Source: Mobula hypostoma (Eukaryota). From it: a DNA stretch of 64,000 nt. Under the pieces are notes generated by a model. It saw nothing but the letters and a program-made list of their open reading frames with translations, ran no database searches and had not been told where the DNA came from. The position numbers and the translations under genes are program-made. The stretch covers positions 82,586,001 to 82,650,000 of the forward strand of contig NC_086097.1 of assembly GCF_963921235.1 (NCBI RefSeq), in the 5' to 3' direction. Shown here piece after piece: positions 50,216-62,570 of this stretch (within the stretch, counting starts at the first letter, position 1; every line of letters begins with the position of its first letter).

Positions 50216-50553
50216 ATTTTAATGGAGCTCATTGATGTATAAGGGAGGAAATATAGTGAATTTAGATTTGCAAAAGGCATTCGATGAGATGCCACATAAA
50301 AGAGTACAAGCTAAGAGCTCAAGGCATTGGGGGTGATGTATTAGAGTTGGCAGTATATTAGCTAACTAATTGAAAACAGTCAGGATAAATAGATCATTTC
50401 CAGATTGCAGGTTGTAATTATTGGGTTGCTACAGGGATTATCATAGGGATGCACTGTTTTCAATCTATATTTATAGCAGTTGAGGGAACCATGTACTGTA
50501 AATAGCTTGCTGACAGTTTGAAGTTGGGTAAGAAAGTAATTTGTGAAGACATA

Positions 50554-50624
50554 CAGCATTGTGCAAAAATCTTACAAATATATTTACACATGTAGCTAGT
50601 GCCTAAGACTTTTGTACAGTACTA
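50554..50624. mobile_element. Tiny Tc1/mariner-type MITE (about 70 bp)
   Basis: TA-CAGCATTGTGCAAAAATCTTA ... GCCTAAGACTTTTGTACAGTACT imperfect TIRs. A related deleted copy lies at about 51841-51883. Confidence 0.65.
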
Positions 50625-50934
50625 TCTTTGTCAATGTGCAGTGGAGAGTGAATTTGTAAATCTGGCAGGAGCAAAGGATGCTGGGAACGACGAGGGTGGA
50701 GCACTGTGGGAGGGGTGTTGGGCAGGTGGCAGAGAAGGAATACCAAGGCAGGGACTGGTGTGGGTGCAGACTCACCTAGCCCTGAGACATCAGGCAAGGT
50801 CATTTGATTCCAAACAGAATTTGATTTCAATGCAGAATGTCTCTCTGGCACTTCCCTCTCCCTTCCCCTTTCCCAACTTTGATTCCCCTCTCTTACCATC
50901 CTTCCCCCTCTCAATCCACAATAGAGACCCATTT

Positions 50935-51755
50935 AAAATTTGACACAAAATTAGGGGGACAGGCTGATAACATTCAAGCAGCAGAATCAATACTGTTAGA
51001 TCTAAACAAAATCCAGATGTGAGGAGATGAATGGCAGATGAAATTTTTTGTAAGTAAATGTAAAATATTACATATAGTAAGTAGAAATATGAGATATAAA
51101 TATACAATGGGTGAGTTAGAAAGTACACTGTATGAGAAGAATCTGGGTGTCCTGGGAGACTCATCACTATCAACATCTAGACAATGCGTAGACACAATTA
51201 GGAAAGCTAATAAATGTTGGGCTACATAATGCACTCAGTGGAGTTCAAGTCTAGAGACATTCTCCTTAAGCTGTATAATGCGTGTGAGGTCACACTTTGA
51301 GCACTGTGTACAATGTTGGTCTTCATATTTTGTGAGAGATGTAAAGACACTGGAGAGAATTCAGAGAAGGGCGACGAGACACATTCCAGGTCTGCAGGGT
51401 ATGAGCTATGAAGAAAGATTGAAAGAATTAAATCTTTTTAGCCTAAGCAGATGTAGAATGAGAGGAGACATGATAGAAGTGGTCAAATTCATTAAGGGTA
51501 TAAGTAAGCTGAATTCCAACTTTGACTTCAAAATAGGTTAAAAGATTTCAGACTAACATCAGGAAGCATTTCTTTACACAGCAAGTTGTGGACACATGGA
51601 ATAAACTACTTAGTTGTGCAGTTGAGAGTAGTACCTAGAGACTTTGAAACCTAAACTCAATAATTATTTTATCACACTATGTGAATGGGAATTTGGCAAG
51701 CTTTTTTGGGCCGAATGGCCTGTTCTCATCAAAACCTTTCTAATATTCTAATATT
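50935..51755 (+). mobile_element. CR1 3' fragment (distinct subfamily, (TTCTAATA)n tail)
   Basis: ORFs 51038 (MKFFVSKCKILH) and 51278 (VRSHFEHCVQCWS..LERIQRRATR..SYEERLKELNLFSL). Confidence 0.88.
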
Positions 51756-52399
51756 AAAATCAGGTTTATTATCACTCACATATGTCATGAAATTCGGTTT
51801 TTTTTGTGGCAGCAGTACAGTGCAATACATAAAATTACTACAGTACTAAATATACATGCCTAAGACTTTTGCACAGTCCTGTAGATACTGCTATGGGATA
51901 TCATTAGATTGGCCAAGTGGACTAGCACTCTGTTTGTTGTGTTGTAAGATATGATGTTATTGAGGCATGGCACAGGAAAGCAGTTTATTGTTTAAATGGA
52001 GAAAAGCTGGAATATGCTGCAGTACAGGGAGATTCGGGTATCTCTGGATATGAAACTCAGAAGGTGATTTTGCAGATACAAGTAATGAAGAAAGTAACTT
52101 GAACATTGGTTTTCATGGCACGGTGAGGTGGCATACAGAAACAAGACTGCACTTGTGAGCCTGCGCCAGGATAAATCGTTAAGTTTTGGTCTCCTTACCA
52201 AAACTGAAAACAATTGGACTGTATGATTTGTAAGGAGGGTTCCCTAAGTCGATTCCTGGGATGAAGAGGTTGTCTTATGAATTGCAATTGCAAGATTAGG
52301 TCTATACTCATTTGATTTTGGAAGAATGAGATGTGATTTTACAGTAACAAAAGATTCTGAGGGGACTTGACATAATTGATCCTGAAAGTGTTTTATTCA

Positions 52400-53305
52400 G
52401 GACCAGATTCAGGTTTATTATCACCGGCATATGATGTGAAATTTGTTAACTTAGCAGCAGCAATTCAATGCAATACATAATCCAGCAGAGAAAAAAAAAT
52501 AATAAACAAATTTTTTTAAAAGGCTAAATAAATAAATGAGTAAATCAATTACTATATTGAATAGATTTCTTAAAATGTGCAAAACAGAAATACTGTATAT
52601 TAAAAAAAAAGTGAGGTAGGGTCCAAAGCTTCAATGTCTATGGCAGAGGGGAAGAAGCTGTAACTGAATCACTGAGCGTGTGCCTTCAGGCTTCTGTGTC
52701 TCCTACCTGATGGTAACAGTGAGAAAAGGGCATGCCCTGGGTGCTGGAGGTCCTTAATAATGGACGCTGCCTTTCTGAGACACTGCTCCCTAAAGATGTC
52801 CTGGGTACTTTGTAGGCGAGTACCCAAGATGGAGATGACTAGATTTACAACCTTCTGCAGGTTCTTTCAGTCCTGTGCAGTAGCCCCTCCATACCAGACA
52901 GTGATGCAGCCTGTCAGAATGCTCTCCATGGTACAACCATAGAAGTTTTTGAGTGTATTTGTTGACATGCCAAATCGCTTCAAACGCTTGATAAAGAATA
53001 GCTGCTGTCTTGCCTTCTTTATAACTGCATTGATATGTTGGGACCAGGTTAGATCCTCAGAGATCTTGACACCCAGGAACTTGAAGCTGCTCACTCTCTC
53101 CACTTCTGATCTCTCTATGAGGATTGGTATGTGTTCCTTCGTCTTGCCCTTCCTGATGTCCACAATCAGCTCTTTTGTGTTTCTGATGTTGAGTGCCAGG
53201 TTGTTGCTGCAGTACCATTCCACCAGTTGGCATATCTCACTCCTGTACGCCCTCTCATCACCACCTGAGATTCTACCAACAATGGTTGTATCGTCAGCAA
53301 ATTTC
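52400..53305 (-). mobile_element. Rex1/Babar LINE 3' fragment inserted in an older CR1
   Basis: FADDTTIVG at about 53277-53303. ORF 52867: NNLALN..TKELIVD..FKFLGVKISEDLTW..KKARQQLFF. Confidence 0.88.
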
Positions 53306-54172
53306 TTTATGAGAAGACCAATAACCTTGGATATATTTCAGAATAAGGTCTTAGAGGTCACGAATCTATGCTAGAGAGCTGAAGGCATTGAATCACTGAA
53401 TAGGTGGAGAGTTTTGATCAAATTATTTTTGTATTACAGGGAAGTTGAGGGCAGGCAGGAAAGTGCTAAGGCTCAGTTCCAGTCAGTGATGATCTTATTG
53501 AACATTAAAGTTGAAAAATATTCACGCCATTGCCAGAATATGAGGTGTTATTCCCCTGGTATATGTCAGGCCTCACTGCAGTAGTGGAGAAGTGTAAGGA
53601 TGGACACGTTTGTGGAAGAATGGGAAACAGAATTGAAATGGCATGTAACTGGGAGCTTGGGATAGCCATTTTGGAAAGAAGAAATGTTCTGAAAAATGGT
53701 TGCTCAAAAACCTACACTTGGTCTCACCAGTGTAGAGGAGGCCACATCCGGAGCAACAAATGCAGTAGATGAGGTGAAGGAGGACATGTTTGTGAATCTT
53801 TGCCTCATCCGGATGTAGTGAGGGAGGAGTGTAAGAACAAGTGTTACACCTTTTGCAATTGCAGGGGAAAGTCCCAGGGGTCAGGGATATGTGGGTGGGG
53901 AGGTCTGTGTGGACCAGGGAGTCACAGAGAGAGTGGTTCCTCTGGAAGGAGGAAAAGTGGAGTGAGGAGAAGACATTGCAGGATATTGTTGTAGCTGGTG
54001 GAAATAATGAATGATGTGCTGGATGTGAAGCTCGTGGAGTAAAGGGAGAGGACTAGGGGACCTTTACCACTGTTTGGTCTGGAGGAAGATAAGGTGAAAA
54101 ACAGAGGAGGTGTGTGAGTGTTCTTAATCAACTACAGCAGAAAGGAAGCCACATTTCTTGAAAAAGGAGGAT

Positions 54173-57100
54173 CAGTACTTGGAGCTATGATGTTGTGGCC
54201 ATTACAGAGACTTGGATGGCTTAGGGGCAGGAACGGTTACTTCGAGTGACAGGCTTTAGGTGTTTCAGAAAGGACAGGGAGGGAGGCAAAGAGGTGGGGG
54301 CATGGCACTGTTGATCAGAGATAGTGTCACAGCTGCAGAAATGGAGGAAGTCATGGAGGGATTGTCTACGGAGTCTCTGCGGGTGGAAGTCAGGAACAGG
54401 AAGGGGTCAATAACTCTACTGGGTGTTTTTTGTAGATCACCCAATAGTAACAGGGACATTGAGGAGCAGATAGGGAGGCAGATTCTGGAAAGGTGTAATA
54501 ACAACAGGGTTGTTGTGGTGGGAGATTTTAATTTCCCAAGTATCGATTGGCATCTCCCTAGAGCGAGGGGTTCAGATGGGTTGGAGTTTGTTAGGTGTGT
54601 TCCGGAAGGTTTCTTGACACAATATGTAGATAACCCTACAAGAGGAGAGGCTGTACTTGATTTGGTATTGGGAAATGAACCTGGTCAGTGTCAGATCTCT
54701 CAGTGGGAGAGCATTTTAGAGATAGTGATCACAATTCTATCTCCTTTACTATAGCATTGGAGAGGGATAGGAACAGACAAGTTAGGAAAGCATTTAATTG
54801 GAGTAAGGGGAAATATGAAGCCATCAGGCAGGAACTTGGAAGCATAAATTGAGAACAGATGTTCTCAGGGAAATGTGACAAAGGTTCAGGGGATATTCGT
54901 GTGGAGTTCTGCATAGGTACATTCCAATGAGACAGGGAAAGTGTACAAAGGCTGTTGAAAATCTAGTCAAGAAGAAAAGAAGAACTTACGAAGGGTTCAA
55001 AAAACTAGGTAATGATACAGTAGAGATCTAGAAGATTATAAGGCTAGCAGGAAGGAGCTTAAGAATGAAATTAGGAGAGCCAGAAGGGGCTATGAGAAGA
55101 CCTTGGTGGACAGGATTAAGGAAAAACCCAAGGCATTCTACAGGTATGTGAAGAGCAGGAGGATAAAATATGAGAGAATAGGACCAATCAAGTGTGACAC
55201 TGGAAAGGTGTGTATGGAAGTGGAAGAGATATCAGAGGTACTTAATGAATACTTTGCTTCAGTATTCACTACAAAAAAGGACCTTGGAAATTGTAGGGAT
55301 GACTTACAGTGGACTGAAAAGCTTGAGCATATAGATATTAAGGAAGAGAATGTGCTTGAGCTTTTGGAGCAGACGAGATGTACCCCAGGCTACTGTAGGA
55401 GGCGAGGGAGGAGATTGCTGAGCCTCTGGCGATGATCTTTGCATCATCAATGGGGACGGGAGAGGTTCCGGAGGATTGGAGGGTTGCAGATGTTGTTTCC
55501 TTATTCAAGAAAGGGAGTAGAGATAGCCCAGGAAATTATAAACCAGTGAGTCTTACTTCAGTAGTTGGTAAGTTGATGGAGAAGATCCTGAGAGGCAGGA
55601 TTTATGAAAATTTGGAGAGACATAATATGATTAGGAATAGTCAGCTTGGCTTTCTGAAAGGTAGGTCGTGCTTTACGAGCCTGATTGAATTTTTTGAGGA
55701 TGTGACTATACACATTGATGAAGGTAGAGCAGTAGATGTAGTGTATATGGATTTCAGCAAGGCATTTGACAAGGTACCCCATGCAAGTCTTATTAAGAAA
55801 GTAAGGAGGCATGTAATCCAAGGGGACATTACCTTGTGGATCCAGAACTGGCTTGCCCACAGAAGGCAAAGTGCGGTTGTAGGTGGGTCATATTCTGCAT
55901 GGAGGTCGGTGACAAGTGGTGTGCCCCAGGGATCTGTTCTGAGACCCTTACTCTTTGTGATTTTTATAAATGACCTGGATGAGGAAGTGGAGGGGTGGGT
56001 TAGTAAATTTGCTGATGACACAAAGTTTGGAAGTGTTGTGGATAGTGTGGAGGGCTGTCAGAGGTTACAGCAGGACATTGATAGGATGCAAAACTGGGCT
56101 GAGAAGTGGCAGATAGAGCTCAACCCAGATAACTGTGAGGTGGTTCATTCTGGAAGGTCAAATATGGTGACAAAATATAGCATTAATGGTAAGACTCTTG
56201 GCAGTGTGGAGGATCAGAGGGATCTTGGAGCCCAAGTCCGTAGGACAGGGGTCCCCAACCTCTTTGGCACTGCGGACCGGTTTAATATTGACAATATTCT
56301 TGCAGATTGGCCGACCGGGTGGGGGGTGGGGTAGGGCTGCCAACAGACAAGAATAGCAGTCAAATACATTGTGTTTACCCCGAGAAAGACTACCATGACC
56401 ATGAAGCCTTGCACAGACACCTATGTGCGCATGCGTGACATGCGCATACGAGTACGTGCCCATTTTTTCCCTACAAATCATTTTTGGCAATTCTTTTCAG
56501 TGAAACTACACTGTACATGCATTATTTCTACTTTATTTAGGCTGTGTATTTATCATATCATTCCTGCTTTTACTATATGTTAGTGTTATTTTAGGTTTTA
56601 TGTAACAGTGCATGATAATAGTGATAAGTCAATTATAGGTCACTTATAAGTTAATAGCATCATAACATTTTAAGTAACGTTTGGATATTAAACACACAGC
56701 ATATATTTTCCCCATATGAACATATAAGATCATTGTAACACACCAATATCGCTGAATCAGTGGGAGCCCTGGGCTTGTTTTCCTGCAACAAGACGGTCCC
56801 ATCGAGGGGTGATGGGAGACAGTGATACTCGAACGGGGTTCCTTATGTCCGGTCTATTCTGCAATTTAGTTTTCGTTGCATTCCTTGCAGAGATATGTTG
56901 GAAATGGAAGCAATGTTTTCAGTGATTTCGTGGCTATCTCAGAATATTTAGCCTTGACTTTGATCCAGAATGCCGGCAGAGATGTTATGTCAAACATACT
57001 TTTCAGCCCGCCGTCATTTGCAAGCTCGAGGAGTTGATCTTCTTCCTGCGCTGACATGGATGACGCACAGGTAATGACCTCGCATGTGTTCAAATTCAAC

Positions 57101-57880
57101 AGTGGCGGGACAGGGAATGAGGAAAGGTGCAGCTGACTCATATCGCCAAATCATATCGTTTCCTTGCGGCCCGGTAGCACATGCTTTGTGGCCCGGTGGT
57201 TGAGGACCGCTGCCATAGGACACTCAAAGCTGCTGCTCAGGTTGACTCTGTGGTTAAGAGGGCATACAGTGCATTGGCCTTCATCAATCATGGGATTTGA
57301 GTTTAGGAGCCAAGAGGTAATGTTGGAGCTATATAGGACCCTGGTCAGACCCCACTTGGAGTACTGTGCTCAATTCTGGTTGCCTCACCACAGGAAGGAT
57401 GTGGAAACCATAGAAAGGGTGCAGAGGAGATTTACAAGGATGTTGCCTGGATTGGGGAGCATGCCTTGTGAGAATACTGTAGGTTGAGAGAACTCGGCCT
57501 TTTCTCCTTGGAGTGATGGAGGATGAGAAATGACCTGATAGAGGTGTATAAGATGATGAGAGGCATTGATCGTGTGGATAGTCAGAGGCTTTTCCCCAGT
57601 ACTGAATGACTAGCACGAGAGGGCACAGTTTTATGGTGCTTGGAAGTAGGTACAGAGGAGATGTCAGGGGTAAGTTTTTATGCAGAGAGTGGTGAGTGCG
57701 TGGAATGGGCTGCCAGTGACAGTGGTGAAGGCGGATACGATAGGGTCTTTTAGGAGACTCCTGAACAGGTATACGGAGCTTAGAAAAATAGAGGTAATTT
57801 CTAAGGTAAGGAAATGTTTGGCACAGCTTTGTGGGCCGAAGGGTCTGTATTGTGCTGTAGGTTTTCTGTGGTTCTATGTT
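54173..57880 (+). mobile_element. Near-complete CR1 ORF2 (APE endonuclease + RT) with 3' tail, frameshifted and split by a hAT element
   Basis: YDVVAITETW, VVGDFNFP, LDLVL and SDH (APE). ORF 55432: [40 protein letters not shown]. Resumes at 57213 (LVRPHLEYCAQFW). (TTCTATG)n tail. Confidence 0.95.
56246..57212 (-). mobile_element. hAT (Charlie/Buster-type) deletion derivative, 967 bp
   Basis: TIRs CAGGGGTCCCCAACC / GGTTGAGGACCGCTG; 8-bp TSD CCGTAGGA / CCATAGGA. The minus strand encodes a hATC dimerisation remnant (SLPAFWIKVKAKYSEIATKSLKTLLPFPTYLC ... KQAQGSH*). Confidence 0.93.
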
Positions 57881-59257
57881 ACTATTTTGGATGTCCTGAA
57901 GTGGAAGGCTTCATCTTGAGAGCAGATACTGTAGCGATGGAGAAACTGGGAGAGAGGGTTGGCATCCTTATAAGAGATGTGGTGGGGAGAGGTGTTGTTT
58001 AAGTAACCGTGGGAGTCAGTGGGTTTATAGCAAATATCAGTGGATAGCTGAGATGGATACAGATAGATCTTGAAGCATCATTGGGTTTTCCCATTTAGGT
58101 GAACTTTCTCTCTTGTGAATTTATCCCCTTCCCCATCCATCTCTTTTTTTAAGTTCTCCTGTTCTCCAATTTTTGCCCCCTACCACCATCTTCGTTCCCC
58201 TTCTCCTTCCAGGTTCCATTCACCCACTGCACACTGTTCATTCACAGGCTACCCTTCTCCCTACCCCTGCCTTATTCAGTTCTGGTTCCTTCTGCCATTC
58301 ACCTCACCTGCAATGGTTCCCATTATCACTCCAGCACTGACTGTCCTTTGTGTTCCTGTTGATCACCCCCCCAGCAGCTGCCTCCAACCTTCATACTCCC
58401 CTGCCACACCTTGCTCCATCTGCCTCTCATTTATTTTCCACTCATTGCCCATCATGCACCTGCCACTGTCTCCCCTCTCATGGTGCAACCTGTCCATCTT
58501 TCACCCCTCCTCAGTCCATAAATCACCTTGGGTTCCTGTATCATTGCTCCCCTTTTCCTCTTCATACTGGCCATCTCCCCTTCCACTCTCTGACCAGATG
58601 CACAGCTTCAAGCTGAAGTGTCAACAGATCCTAACACACCACTCACCCCTAACCCCCCCCCCCCCCGGTAGATGCCGCTCAGCCAGCTGAATTTCTACAA
58701 TAGATTATTGCCCAGATTCCAACATCTTAGTTCTTACAAGTGTTCTCCAAGGGCAGTTAGGAATGAACAAAATGTTGGGCTAGCCATGATTGTCAAGGTC
58801 CAGTGATTGAATAGATGGAGAATCTGCAGGGACATGATGATTATATTTTTTGCTGTTCTTTGTCTTTGCTGGATATAGGAATGAAAATATTGTGGAAAAT
58901 AGAGTGTGTGTATTTTCTGTGTTTTTAAATGAAGAGACATGATTATGAAGTACATTGCCAGTTTGGCAAACCAGGCGTCAAATCTGCATTTCACATGGAT
59001 GTCATCAATTCTGCCCAATTTCTGTTTTCTGCAATCAGCACTGAAATTGTGCACACAATTAGCTCGTAAACAAGACTGAAGGCTCTTCTGCACTTGGATT
59101 GCTGAAATGATCACAAAAAGGAACGTAATTTCTTTCCCACATTTTTAGAAGTAACAAGTGGCAACCCACAATTGTTTCACTGTACAATTAAAAAATCACT
59201 GCTATTTATTTTAACCTTTTTGGCTGTGTTACATTTCAGCTTGTCAACTAGTGTAAG

Positions 59258-59453
59258 GACAGCACACAAGATGCTGTAGGATAGGAACTCAGTCAGTCAG
59301 GCAACATCTGTGGAGGAAATAAACAGTCACATCACAAAATGTCGTCTGTTTATTCTCCTCCATAAATGCTGCATGATTTCCTGAACTCCTCCAGTGTTTT
59401 GTATTTTGCTCAAGATTTCCAGCACCTACAGAATCTCTTGTGTTTATGAAGGG
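59258..59453. mobile_element. Penelope-derived mini element of two inverted termini with the hammerhead deleted
   Basis: CACACAAGATGCTG..GGAACTCAG..GGCAACATCTGTGGAGG followed by its inverse; short flanking repeat GTGTAAG. Confidence 0.65.
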
Positions 59454-61474
59454 GTGTAAGAAAGTTTTATTCCTTGAAATTTTTTTTATTTGTCTGTCAG
59501 CTGAGCAAAGTAAATTTGTTTTTTTTTGCTGAGTGCGCTTTAGTGGCTAGATAAAAGTAACAATTGCAACATGAAAAATGGGAATTGATTCTCTGACAGA
59601 AAGGCATGATTTTGCTTTTCTTTCTATTTAAAATGAGACTTTTTCCTCAAAGGAACAAACACACAAGAACGTTTTGTTTTCTTTGAGATGGGTGGCACTC
59701 TCTCCTATCAGAAATGTAACTCCAAAAAATAGTTTTAAAAATGGGAGAGAGGGAGCAGTTTCTGTTGTATAATTCTGAACTTCGTGCATAAGAGTACAAT
59801 TTACAGTAATTTAAATATGTTTCTCAATCTTGATTTTGCTGGCATGGTAAACCCAAGACTTAAAGCCAGGTCTTTATGCCCAAGATCCTTAAGTTCCTCC
59901 TATCCCAGTTAAATATCAATAAATTATTTTGCTTTTCATATTGCAACTCCTTTCTCTCGAGTCAGAACAGAAATTGCCAACGGTCACTTCTTCAGTCTTC
60001 TTATCATCATGCAATTGTGGACCTCCCATCTTATCAAGAAGGACAGCTTTCTGTAATGACATCGACAGAAGTGGTGAATTTCTCTCCATGTCCATCTCGG
60101 AATTACTTTTTGGTGACTGGCTGATGCAATTGCCACAATTTTAGCTATTGCACTCAGAAGGAAATGATACAAACATTTACCAGTTCTAACTTGGATAACG
60201 GACATTGTTCCCAGCTTACCTTAATGTAAGTAATAAACACATTATTTTCAAAATTATACCATGGATCATTGGCATTAGATTGGCATTACAGCATTTATTT
60301 TAAACAGTGGCCGGTGGAATTTAAAAAATGATTCACATGCCACTTATTCAAAGGCATGATGCTAGAAGTGTGGCAGTTTAATTTGCTTGGTATGCGTTTA
60401 CACAATATTGTGAAGTAGGTCCTGAGTAGAAAGATTTGTGAGTAATGATCTTGCATAGTAATGTTTATCTGAGCAAAGTGGTGCCATTTATCTTTTCAGG
60501 TTGTAAATAAAGGTTTAATGAAATTGTTCATGCTCATATGATATAGTAAATCACTTGGGGAGTATGTTTCCTGTTGTTTATTTGCTGAAGGGTTGAAGGC
60601 AGTGACATCTGCAATCCATACCTGAAAATTGATTGTTCTTGCTGTCACTGTGCAATTAAGTCATCACTGCTTATTTGTTTTGACTGATTTAAGTGCATTG
60701 CATTTCAACCTGTCAAGCACTTGCTAATTGTTTCAGGGTCCTGTGGAATAATTAAAAATAAAGTATCGCTGATCTGGTTCAGGGTAATAACTTTATCAGT
60801 TTCTAAAATGAAGTGTTAAAAGTGGTTCAAAATTAAGGAAGTGTATAGAAGAACCTTAGCCAAACAAATAAATATTTCAAAAAGTAAAACCAATGAAAAT
60901 AACTGAAAATTATGCCCATCATTTAAAGTTCTAAGCAAATTGTATATGTCAACATATACAACCCTGAGATTCATTTTCTTGTGGGCATACTCAATAGACC
61001 TATAGAGTAAGTATAACAGAATCAATGAAAGACCACCCATCTAGAGTGTTCAACTAGTGTGCAAAAGACAACAAACTGTGCAAATGCAAAAAGAAGACCG
61101 CCGTTGATTTGGTCTACAAGAGTGGTGTCATCCGCAAACTTGAGTATGGCATTGGAGCTGCACTTAGCCACACAGTCCAAAGTGTAAAGTGCGTAGAGTT
61201 GGGGGCTAAACACACAGCCCTGTGGTGCACCTGTGCTGATGGAGATTGTGGAGGAGATGTTGTTGCCAATGTGAATTGACCAGGGTCTTCGAGTGAGTAA
61301 ATTGAGGATCTAAATGCACAAAGAGGTATTGAGGCCAAGGTCTTGGAGCTTATTGGTTAGATTTGAAGGGATGGTGGTATTGAATGTTGAGCTGTAGCCA
61401 ATAAATAGCATTCTGATGTATGCTGAGGGGTTGAAGGCAGTGACACCTGAAATCCAAATGTGAATCTAGCTAAA

Positions 61475-61779
61475 GCAAACACGAGGAAATCTGCAGATGC
61501 TGGAAATTCAAGCAACACACACAAAGGGGTCATGTCAAGTGACTATCCAACTCGCAACACACACAAAATGCTGGTGAACGCAGCAGGCCAGGCAGCATCT
61601 ATAGGAAGAGGTACAGTCGATGTTTCGGGCCGAGACCCTTCATCAGGACTAACTGAAAGAAGAGATAGTAAAAGATTTGTAAGTGGGGGGGGGGAGGGTA
61701 GGGAGAGATCCAAAATGATAGGAGAAGACAGGAGGCGGGGGGGATAGAGCTAAGAGCTGGAAAGTTGATTGGCAAAATG
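61475..61779 (-). mobile_element. Young Penelope-derived mini insertion
   Basis: Near-identical to 14992-15205. 13-bp TSD GAATCTAGCTAAA at 61462-61474 and 61780-61792. Confidence 0.88.
61614..61651 (-). ncRNA. Minimal type I hammerhead ribozyme, intact core
   Basis: Minus strand UAGUC-CUGAUGA-A-GGG-UCUCGG-CCC-GAAA-CA-UC-GACUG, with an AUC cleavage triplet. Confidence 0.78.
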
Positions 61780-62179
61780 GAATCTAGCTAAAATTGTTTG
61801 AGGATTGAGTGAAGAGCCAATAAAATGACATCTGCCATGGACCTGTTGTTCTTCTCAGGCAGGAGTTGATATGTTTCATCACCAACTTCCCAAAAACTTC
61901 ATCACTGTGGATATAAGTGCTACTGGATGATAGTTGAGGCACATTACCATGTTCTTCTTGGGCACTGGTATTTTTTTTTAAAGAGCAAAAGAACTAAAAA
62001 CATAAAAGGAAACAAAGAGCACCTTTGCAGCAATATCCAAAATTTTTAAACAAGAGCAACAATTAAAAGTCATGGATAACACTTTCTCTGCTGGCAGAAA
62101 TGGGTAATTGCTCATCAATTATCTTATAAATTCTGTTTTCAGTTAATTTTACATAACTTTGGAGTCTCACATTAAACCA

Positions 62180-62570
62180 CCACCATCATCATCATTATGT
62201 GCTGTGTCATATGACGTGAGTGATTGTGATCTTTCCATGACCATGATTATTCTTGGCAAATTTTTCTATAGAAGTGGTTTGCCATTATTACCTTCTGGGT
62301 AGTGTCCTTACAAAGCGGGTGACTTCATCCATCAGAGATTGTCTGCCTAGTGTCAGTGGTCATATAACTAGGATTTGGGATATGCACCAGCTGCTCAGAC
62401 AACCATCTACCTCCTGTTCCCATGGCTTCACGTGACTCTCATCAGGCTGGGAGGGGGGCTGAGCAGGTACTACACCTTGCATAAGGGTGACCTGCAGGTT
62501 AGTGGAGAGAAGGAGCACCTTACACCTCCTTTGGTAGAGACATACAATATCCCCACCCTGACACACACAT
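62180..62570 (-). mobile_element. SINE or short element with an RTE-type tail
   Basis: (CAT)n on + corresponds to an (ATG)n tail. GAAGTGGTTTGCCATT...CCTTCT is a typical RTE-related 3' motif. Confidence 0.65.

Larger units (their letters stand above)
53530..58070 (-). mobile_element. Old Penelope-like fragment (53530-54172 and about 57885-58070) split by a CR1 insertion
   Basis: The PLE sequence stops at ...TTGAAAAAGGAGGAT and resumes at GGATGTCCTGAAGTGGAAGGC, collinear with other PLE copies in the window. Confidence 0.7.
60920..61970 (-). mobile_element. Degraded Rex1/Babar RT fragments, interrupted by a PLE mini element
   Basis: ORF 61022: [27 protein letters not shown]. Confidence 0.78.

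Noticed and set aside
55432..56334. 300-aa RT ORF as a domesticated gene or functional RT system
   Set aside because: It is an ordinary CR1 ORF2 piece, frameshifted upstream and truncated by the hAT insertion.
58115..58690. 191-aa Pro/Ser-rich ORF
   Set aside because: Pyrimidine-rich, low-complexity Penelope terminal-repeat remnant that naturally lacks stop codons.
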